Origin: Bacteroidales bacterium | Lineage (GTDB): Bacteria > Bacteroidota > Bacteroidia > Bacteroidales > BM520 | Direction: 5' to 3' | DNA: 64,000 nucleotides | Assembly (NCBI GenBank): GCA_016285515.1 | Contig: JAEEQW010000009.1 | Span: 5,561 to 69,560, forward strand | In this document: piece by piece, positions 57,351 to 64,000 of the stretch | Layout of the letters: every line of letters starts with the position of its first letter | How positions within the stretch are numbered: the stretch's first letter is position 1 | Program-made: the position numbers and the translations under genes | Notes under the pieces: model-generated | The model's input: only the letters and a program-made list of their open reading frames with translations | The model's database searches: none | What the model was told of the DNA's origin: nothing

Positions 57351-58835
57351 ATGGAATATGTAATATCAACAAATCTTCTCACGATAGATGACATTGACTC
57401 TATCATTACTGAACATAAAACTCTTAAACTGTCGGATGAATGCATCAGCCTTGTCAACAAGTGCAGGGAATATCTTGACCGAAAACTGAAAACGAGGAAA
57501 GAGCCTGTTTACGGACTTAACACAGGATTCGGTTCGTTATGTGACAAACGCATCAGCAATGATGATTTGTCAACCTTGCAGACCAACCTTGTGATGTCGC
57601 ACGCATGCGGCTGTGGTGCAGAGGTCGAACCCGAGGTGGTGAAAATAATGCTGCTTCTCAAAGCAAAATCACTGTCGTTCGGACATTCGGGAGTGCAACT
57701 CGCCACTGTCCAGCGACTTATTGATTTTTTCAACAACGATATATTGCCAGTGGTCTATAAGCAGGGTTCACTCGGCGCATCGGGCGACCTGGCTCCATTG
57801 GCTCATCTGTCACTTCCTATACTTGGACTCGGTGAGGTATATTATAAAGGTATAAGGAGAGATTCAGCGTCGGTACTTGCGGAATTGGGCTGGAAACCTT
57901 TGACATTGCAGTCAAAGGAGGGACTCGCATTGCTCAACGGCACTCAGTTCATGCAGTCATACGGTGTGTATAGTCTCATCAAGGGCCGTAAACTGAGCCG
58001 CCTTGCTGATGAAATAGCGTGTGTCTCCCTCGAAGGCTTTGACGGGCTCGCCGAACCGTTTGACCACCTGCTTCATGATATCCGCCATCATAACGGCCAG
58101 ATTGAAACAGCAGAACACATCAGCAGAATCATCAGCGACAGCGGCATTGTCAATCGTCCCAAGTCGCAGGTTCAGGACCCATATTCCTTCAGATGTATCC
58201 CTCAGGTTCACGGCGCATCGAAGGATGCCATTGATTACGTGCTGAAGGTTTTCACAGAGGAAATCAATGCTGTTACTGATAATCCCACTATTTTCCCTGA
58301 TGAGGATAAAATCTTGTCAGGCGGTAACTTCCACGGTCAGCCGATTGCCATTGCCATGGACTTTCTTGCAATTGCACTCGCTGAACTTGCAAATATTTCA
58401 GAGAGAAGGACCTATCAGCTCATTTCAGGCAAGAGGGGACTGCCGAGTTTCTTGGTGATGAATCCGGGATTGAATTCCGGTTTCATGATCCCTCAATATG
58501 CGGCTGCATCCATCGTAAGCCAGAACAAGCAATTGTGTACGCCTGCATCCGTTGATTCCATCGAGTCATCACAAGGTCAGGAGGACCATGTGAGCATGGG
58601 TGCCAATGCGGCAACAAAGCTGTTTCAGGTGGTCAATAATGTCGAGACTGTTCTCGCAATTGAGCTGTTCAATGCAGCTCAGGCATGGGACATCCGTCTG
58701 CATGACGGGGCAAAGCCGAGTTCGTTCACGGCTTCATTCATGAAGGATTACCGCAAGGTCGTTCCGTTTGTGGATAACGACAAGTATATGCACCCTGAAA
58801 TCATGAAGTCTGTCGAATTCTTGAGAATGCGATAG
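57351..58835 (+). CDS. hutH: Histidine ammonia-lyase (MIO-dependent aromatic amino acid lyase family)
   Basis: MIO triad ASG in GSLGASGDLAPLAH, plus YGLNTGFG and NPTIF..GGNFHGQP motifs. The ATG at 57351 is preferred because the longer ORF would include the tRNA terminator. Confidence 0.9.
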   Translation: MEYVISTNLLTIDDIDSIITEHKTLKLSDECISLVNKCREYLDRKLKTRKEPVYGLNTGFGSLCDKRISNDDLSTLQTNLVMSHACGCGAEVEPEVVKIMLLLKAKSLSFGHSGVQLATVQRLIDFFNNDILPVVYKQGSLGASGDLAPLAHLSLPILGLGEVYYKGIRRDSASVLAELGWKPLTLQSKEGLALLNGTQFMQSYGVYSLIKGRKLSRLADEIACVSLEGFDGLAEPFDHLLHDIRHHNGQIETAEHISRIISDSGIVNRPKSQVQDPYSFRCIPQVHGASKDAIDYVLKVFTEEINAVTDNPTIFPDEDKILSGGNFHGQPIAIAMDFLAIALAELANISERRTYQLISGKRGLPSFLVMNPGLNSGFMIPQYAAASIVSQNKQLCTPASVDSIESSQGQEDHVSMGANAATKLFQVVNNVETVLAIELFNAAQAWDIRLHDGAKPSSFTASFMKDYRKVVPFVDNDKYMHPEIMKSVEFLRMR

Positions 58836-58891
58836 TTGTTTTATTTTTTTCCCATTTTTATTTTTTTTCCATTTAAGAAATAAAAAATGAT

Positions 58892-58899
58892 TATATTTG
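58892..58899 (+). promoter_or_regulatory. Bacteroidota -7 promoter box TATATTTG
   Basis: TAnnTTTG match 96 nt upstream of the ATG at 58995, flanked by the 12-nt direct repeats TTAAGAAATAAA (58873-58884 and 58934-58945). Confidence 0.45.
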
Positions 58900-58994
58900 C
58901 AGGTTGATAATAAATGGGCTATTTGTAAATCAATTAAGAAATAAAGGTTTATTAATCAAAATTTTATATTAATTAAAAATTTAAATTAACGACT

Positions 58995-60995
58995 ATGAAG
59001 AAATTATTACTTCTTGCAGCAGCATTCGCAGTAACATTTGCTGCTGTTGCTCAAAAGCCGGTTGTAAAAACACAGGACTATAAGTCAGTTGTTGCAACTG
59101 CAAACATGAATCAGGATCTTAGGGGCGACAATGCACCTGCATTACCAGTAAAGGTATCCAAAGGTATGACAGCTCCTGCATACGATCAGGAAATGGAAGT
59201 CATGCATACTTATTATGATCTCCAGTCCAACAGTGGTTTGTCAAGCAGATTCTATCGTTTTAGCTCTCCAGAATCAAAGTCAGGTCACATTGGCGCTACA
59301 TGTACAGGCGGTATTCAAAATCCAGGTGCTAGTGGTTTCCCAGACCGTGGCTCTTTCTACAACTATTTCAATGGTTCCGAATGGGTAATTAATCCAGCAG
59401 ATGTAGTTAGAATTGAAGAGCAAAGACGTGGTTGGCCTACATACACAGGTGACAATAACGGCGGTGAATGGCTTGCTTCCCACTCTGCAGGTATTGACCT
59501 CTATCACAGAGAAGTTGCAGGTCAGGGTGACTGGAGAGAGGTTGCATATCCTGTGTCAAGTGCTGAAAACACATGGCCTCGTATATGCATTAATCCTGAA
59601 ACAGGTACTATCCATCTTATTGAATGTGAACAAAGAGTTGGAGATCAGAATGAAAACTACATTTATTATTCAAGATCAACAGATGGCGGTAAGACATGGG
59701 ATCCACAGGGAGAACAATTTGCTCAAATCGAAGGTCACTATTCCACAGTAGCATACGCAGCTGATGATTATATTTGGGCTACACCAAGAGCTGGTGTTAT
59801 TGCTTTTGCATTACTTTCTTCGACAGCTGATGCTATCATCATGAAATCAACAGATGATGGTAACACATGGGAAAAGATTACAGTTTGGGAACACCCTGTT
59901 CCAATGTTTGACTATTACACAATGACAATGGATGACACATGTTTTGCTCCAACAGGTGCAGGTGGTCTTGCAATTGATGAGAACGGAATGTGCCATATCA
60001 TGTTCGGTGTCTGCGCAGTCCTTTACGATGAACAAGGTGGCTCATACCATTATTTCCCAAAGTGGGGTGGTATGCGTTACTGGAATGAAGATATGGATAC
60101 ATACTCTGGTTATGACGGTCTTAGAATGTCAGAAGACTTCGAAACATTTCTTGCTGAATTAAAGTGCGAAATGCCTATGGCATACGGTTTCTGCTTTGAC
60201 GGTGATGCTGATGCAGTTCACGGTGGTGATATCGCTGTCTGCGCTTATTACAGAACATTTGGTCCTGCAAAATTTGTTGACATTGAAATGGCTGGTCCTA
60301 ACAGACTGCTTTGCGCTGTTTCTTCATGGGATGAAAGACGTGATTCTCCAAAAGGTTTCGTTATGACTCAGATTTACCTCACTTCATACATTTTCAGCGA
60401 TGAAGATGACAGATGGGAACAGGATACTACATGGGTTATTGATCGTAATATGGCTGGTTATATCTGTGGTTGGACAGCAGGCGGTGAAGCTATTGAAACA
60501 GATTGGGCTGGCTGGTTCAGAATGAATAGCAGCTATTTGCATGAATATGATGAATGTATCTATCCACAGATTCTTACTCAATATTCAGATAATGAATCGG
60601 CTAACTTCTATGTGTTCTATCAGATGGATGAAGCTTGCGGTCTTGCTATGGATACTGAAGCCGGAGATCAGACAGAGTTTACCGACAACACAATAATGAT
60701 GTATTACAACGACAGACAATTCAATGGCGGTAATATCCCAGAGATATATCTCGGTATCAACGACCCAGTTGAAGAAGAAGTTGCTTCTATGACAGTATAT
60801 CCAAATCCTGCTTCAGACATGATTACAATTGAACTCAAAGACGCTTCAAACGTAAGAGTTTACAATGTTCTCGGTCAGGTAATGGATTCATTCAAGGTTA
60901 ACGGAAGACATACTCTCAATGTTGCTTCCTACAAACCTGGTGTATATTTCGTTTCAACTGAAAATGGTCTTACACAGAAGTTTATTGTTAAATAA
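58995..60995 (+). CDS. Secreted BNR/Asp-box (sialidase-like beta-propeller) protein with a T9SS C-terminal sorting domain
   Basis: Signal peptide. Asp-boxes SRSTDGGKTW and KSTDDGNTW. C-terminal VYPNPASDMITIELKD...GVYFVSTENGLTQKFIVK. Confidence 0.65.
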   Translation: MKKLLLLAAAFAVTFAAVAQKPVVKTQDYKSVVATANMNQDLRGDNAPALPVKVSKGMTAPAYDQEMEVMHTYYDLQSNSGLSSRFYRFSSPESKSGHIGATCTGGIQNPGASGFPDRGSFYNYFNGSEWVINPADVVRIEEQRRGWPTYTGDNNGGEWLASHSAGIDLYHREVAGQGDWREVAYPVSSAENTWPRICINPETGTIHLIECEQRVGDQNENYIYYSRSTDGGKTWDPQGEQFAQIEGHYSTVAYAADDYIWATPRAGVIAFALLSSTADAIIMKSTDDGNTWEKITVWEHPVPMFDYYTMTMDDTCFAPTGAGGLAIDENGMCHIMFGVCAVLYDEQGGSYHYFPKWGGMRYWNEDMDTYSGYDGLRMSEDFETFLAELKCEMPMAYGFCFDGDADAVHGGDIAVCAYYRTFGPAKFVDIEMAGPNRLLCAVSSWDERRDSPKGFVMTQIYLTSYIFSDEDDRWEQDTTWVIDRNMAGYICGWTAGGEAIETDWAGWFRMNSSYLHEYDECIYPQILTQYSDNESANFYVFYQMDEACGLAMDTEAGDQTEFTDNTIMMYYNDRQFNGGNIPEIYLGINDPVEEEVASMTVYPNPASDMITIELKDASNVRVYNVLGQVMDSFKVNGRHTLNVASYKPGVYFVSTENGLTQKFIVK

Positions 60996-61013
60996 TTGAC
61001 ATAAATACTTCGA

Positions 61014-61050
61014 TAAAAAAAAGCTGTCCTTGCGGGCAGCTTTTTTTTTT
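61014..61050. terminator. Bidirectional rho-independent terminator between convergent genes
   Basis: AAAAAAAA-AGCTGTCC-TTGC-GGGCAGCT-TTTTTTTTTT. Confidence 0.75.
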
Positions 61051-62566
61051 ATGCTATGTGCATGGGGCGGAACAGATCGTTCACCGTTTTCACGGGATTG
61101 AAGGTTTCAGCGGGCACTTCCACGAAAAGCGTTATCCATCCGCTCATGGCACCGTTCCAAAGTCCAGGCAACTCAAGAACTTTAATTGGCTTGCCGTTTT
61201 TCGATTTGTTGGAAATGAAGGATGTGGCTTTGTCAATGTATTTGGTGAGGTCGTACCTGTTCCCATTCAAGTCCTTTGTCATGCAGACTATGTCAACTGG
61301 ATTGAAATGAGTGGAGGAGCGGAAGATTTTTTCCTGCTGCTCGTCATTGTGATTGATTTGTGAACTTTCGACAATCTGTTTTGACAGGTTGCCTTTCTCA
61401 TCTTTTACTATGAAAGGTCCGCCACCGGGCTCACCGGAGTTTTTCACCATGCCGCAGATTCTTATCGGTCTGTCGAGCGTTTCTTTGATTATGTTGGTTT
61501 TATCAGCCTTCGAAAGATTTTTGAAATCTTGGTCTATGTTGAGATTTAATTCATCTTTAATGAAAGTTACAGCTTCGTCAATGAGTTTGTCGTCTTCAGA
61601 ACCTGTATTGATTTTCCTAAGAATATCGTTGCGCTTTTCAAAGAGATATTTAATGTGGCTGATGAATTTCTTGCGGCATTCGACAATTGTGTCCCTTTTG
61701 CTTTGCGGTACAACATTGTCGATGTTTTTTATGAGAATGATGTCGGAGTCAATGTTGTTCAGGTTGTATATAAGTGAGCCATGACCGCCCGGACGGAAAA
61801 GAATGCTTCCATCATCGTTGCGGAAAAGTGTGTTGTCCGGATTTACTGCAATAGTGTCAGTCGATGGTGACTGTATTGAAGTGGAAATGTGAATCTTGCA
61901 GCCGTATTTTGATTCGAATTCCGGAATGACTTTTTTTGCTGCTTCTAAAAATCTGTCGATATGTTCGGGTGACAAAGTGTAATGGAGATAGACATTTTTG
62001 TTGTCAGTGTAGTTTATTGCTTCGCTGATATGCTCCTCGAAGGCATAGTGATAACCGTCGGTGTCATGGTGGAATTCTATAAGGGCCTTAGGTGTATTGC
62101 CAAAGTTGAGTCCCTTGTCGGTCAGAAGGTATTCCAGAATTGTTTTATAGTCTTTGTTGCCAAGCAGCCAATCAAGATTCAGACCGTCTTTCTCAAGTGC
62201 TTGCTGAAGAGAATGGCATAGTGCGAGTTCTTTCAGATGACTGAAGAAATATGCGGGTGATTGGAAAGTTCCATCGTCCGGGAGGACATAGTCGGCATTA
62301 CTGTTTATTCTGTCGAGTGTTTCGAAAAGTGATTTGAACATTCTTGATGCTGCCCCGCTGGCAGGAATGAAACTGTACAGTTTATATTGCTTATTGTCAG
62401 TGTGTTCTGTGTGTAATGATGAAATATCGATAATGTCATCGGGTTTTGTTGCCGCTTTATACAGATTTATGAATTTACTGCCTTGCTGGAAGGTGTTTAT
62501 TTGTGATTCAACGGCTTCAATGCTTGAGCCATGTTCCTGAATCTGTTTCAAGTCTTGAGCGTTCAT
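61049..62566 (-). CDS. DUF4301-like protein
   Basis: 505 aa. N-terminus (DLKQIQEHGSSIEAVESQINTFQQGSKFINL) and size resemble Bacteroidota DUF4301 proteins from memory. No catalytic motif confidently recognised. Confidence 0.55.
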   Translation of the reverse strand: MNAQDLKQIQEHGSSIEAVESQINTFQQGSKFINLYKAATKPDDIIDISSLHTEHTDNKQYKLYSFIPASGAASRMFKSLFETLDRINSNADYVLPDDGTFQSPAYFFSHLKELALCHSLQQALEKDGLNLDWLLGNKDYKTILEYLLTDKGLNFGNTPKALIEFHHDTDGYHYAFEEHISEAINYTDNKNVYLHYTLSPEHIDRFLEAAKKVIPEFESKYGCKIHISTSIQSPSTDTIAVNPDNTLFRNDDGSILFRPGGHGSLIYNLNNIDSDIILIKNIDNVVPQSKRDTIVECRKKFISHIKYLFEKRNDILRKINTGSEDDKLIDEAVTFIKDELNLNIDQDFKNLSKADKTNIIKETLDRPIRICGMVKNSGEPGGGPFIVKDEKGNLSKQIVESSQINHNDEQQEKIFRSSTHFNPVDIVCMTKDLNGNRYDLTKYIDKATSFISNKSKNGKPIKVLELPGLWNGAMSGWITLFVEVPAETFNPVKTVNDLFRPMHIA

Positions 62567-62577
62567 GGTGATTGTCT

Positions 62578-64000
62578 TTAAGTTAAACTATAATGAGGTA
62601 TAAGAGTCTGATAAGGGTAGATGGCTATTTTGACATTATCCTTAAAAGATTTTTCGATTTTAAAAGGAAGGTTGTCAAAATAGGTGTTTGATGAAATATA
62701 GTCTTTGCGTGACATGATTATTATAATGATGTCATTTTCAGTGATTTGGCTTTCGATATAAGTGTAGTTGCCCCAATCTTTGAATTCGTGCAGTCTCATG
62801 AAACTGACTTTACGTCCGTTGTTGACGGATTTCAGCATGCTGTCGTATTCGGAACTTGTGCAATATACATCGATTGGAATGGAAAGTTCCTGTGACAGGG
62901 TTACAACTTTCTTGAGCCACAATTCAAAGCCCAGCTCGAGGTTGCAGAGCGGAGGAGCGAACAGCTTGATGCTTTTGCTGCCGATGAGCTGGTGTTCAAG
63001 ATAGCATACATAGACTGATTTGTCAACTGAGGCGGTGACATCTCTGATGCGTTCTTCGCGCAGAGTTGCGAGTGAAAATGTCTTTTCCCAAGGAATGATG
63101 ATGGGGTAGGCGGATTTTTCAAGCGAAGTCCTCGCCAGAGCTGAAACCACATTGTTGTCGATGGCATAGATTTCTTCAATATCCAATTCGGAATCGGAGC
63201 CGAGCGACATTATGTTTTTGGTGTTGTTTTTTATTGAGGAGATGTTTTGTTCGGCATATTTGTTATTTGGTATAACATACAGAACGCTTACGGGGTTAGG
63301 AGATTTTCTGTTCTTGATCAGGGAGACAAACTTCACTTGTTTTGAAAACAGGTCGGTGTTTATGAAAGGTATGAGAAAATGTTCTTCAGGGAGTTTCTGG
63401 CTGTCTTTGCGGGTGTTATCTGAATCTTTGTTGATGATTGCGACCTGCTTTGAAGCGTGATGAGTTATCAGTGAGGATATTATGCAGGAAAGAAGCATGA
63501 AAATTATTGTTGCGTTCAGGAGGGTGTTGTTGACGAGTCCGATTCTTTGTCCTGCGAGTATGATTGCGAGTGTTCCGGCTGTGTGGGATGAACTGAGGCC
63601 TGTCATCAGTTGTCCCTGAAATCTGTTGAACCCGCATATCCATTGTGTCGTCTTGGCCGCTAACCATTTTGCAGAAGTGCCTGCCACAGTGAATATTATA
63701 GCCATAATTATGATGCTGTACCCTTTGAAAATCACTTGGACGTCAAAGAGCATACCTACCGAAATAAGGAATATCGGAATGAACAGGGAATTACCAACGA
63801 ATTCGATTTTGTTCATCAGATTGGAGGATTTCGGGATGAATTTGTTCAGTGCAATACCGGAAATGAACGCGCCTATTATTGCTTCCATACCAAGTGCTTC
63901 GGCAAGCCATGACGATAAAAACAGTACCGACAGAACAAAGATATAGTGGGAATATCGTTCACCTGCGAATTTTCTGAAAAACCATTTGGCGATAATCGGC
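62578..64000 (-). CDS. Cation:proton antiporter (CPA family) with a large cytoplasmic C-terminal domain; 5' end lies beyond the window
   Basis: The reading frame is open from 64000 (…PIIAKWFFRKFAGERYSHYIFVLSVLFLSSWLAEALGMEAIIGAFISG…). Na+/H+-exchanger-like TM helices are followed by a ~290-aa soluble region. Confidence 0.75.
   Translation of the reverse strand, partial: PIIAKWFFRKFAGERYSHYIFVLSVLFLSSWLAEALGMEAIIGAFISGIALNKFIPKSSNLMNKIEFVGNSLFIPIFLISVGMLFDVQVIFKGYSIIIMAIIFTVAGTSAKWLAAKTTQWICGFNRFQGQLMTGLSSSHTAGTLAIILAGQRIGLVNNTLLNATIIFMLLSCIISSLITHHASKQVAIINKDSDNTRKDSQKLPEEHFLIPFINTDLFSKQVKFVSLIKNRKSPNPVSVLYVIPNNKYAEQNISSIKNNTKNIMSLGSDSELDIEEIYAIDNNVVSALARTSLEKSAYPIIIPWEKTFSLATLREERIRDVTASVDKSVYVCYLEHQLIGSKSIKLFAPPLCNLELGFELWLKKVVTLSQELSIPIDVYCTSSEYDSMLKSVNNGRKVSFMRLHEFKDWGNYTYIESQITENDIIIIIMSRKDYISSNTYFDNLPFKIEKSFKDNVKIAIYPYQTLIPHYSLT

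Noticed and set aside
57212-57460. 82-aa minus-strand ORF and the 5' extension (57312-57350) of the hutH ORF
   Set aside because: The minus ORF overlaps the tRNA gene and its terminator. The hutH extension would translate through the terminator hairpin, so the ATG at 57351 is the more plausible start.

Overview
This window looks like chromosomal core DNA from a low-GC Bacteroidota genome, probably Bacteroidales. Three things support that: TAnnTTTG -7 promoter boxes sit in front of many genes, three secreted proteins carry T9SS C-terminal sorting domains, and the dcw cluster has the Bacteroidota gene order without murF or ddl. Coding density is high and no rRNA, CRISPR array, prophage or intact mobile element is visible.

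Main blocks:
- DUF3822-rsmD.
- A minus-strand operon, coaD / thioredoxin-fold protein / large C10 (streptopain-family) cysteine protease. The protease carries four near-identical 219-bp repeats and a C-terminal dockerin.
- An EF-G paralog.
- A secreted protein with an N-terminal dockerin.
- parC, a BatA_N-domain membrane protein, engB, and a glsA/glsB-like glycine-lipid acyltransferase pair.
- The full dcw cluster: mraZ-rsmH-ftsL-ftsI-murE-mraY-(murD)-ftsW-murG-murC-ftsQ-ftsA-ftsZ.
- A minus-strand trxB-purL-HAD operon, lon plus an orphan family-5 substrate-binding lipoprotein, and rpmE (type B).
- A YtxH / holin-X-like / basic small-protein trio.
- A serC-serA-DUF1015-fba operon.
- A GT4 glycosyltransferase followed by T9SS cargo proteins.
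- mscL, an MBL-fold hydrolase, rpsA, dusB, a tRNA(CAT), hutH, a BNR/Asp-box T9SS cargo protein, a DUF4301 protein and a 5'-truncated cation:proton antiporter.

The most unusual observation is that the murD slot of an otherwise complete dcw cluster holds only a 181-aa ORF matching the MurD C-terminal domain. The N-terminal and ATP-binding domains are missing.

Other points worth follow-up:
- Dockerin modules in two secreted proteins, with no cohesin in the window.
- A phased GTG(G/T) repeat array upstream of mraZ that may be the MraZ operator.
- A perfect-register 22-nt tandem duplication abutting the ftsZ start codon.
- A GC-rich, hairpin-dense convergent intergenic region that may be an IS remnant.
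- A conserved-unknown DUF1015 gene embedded in the serine-pathway operon.

All family assignments come from reading motifs by eye. No database search was run.
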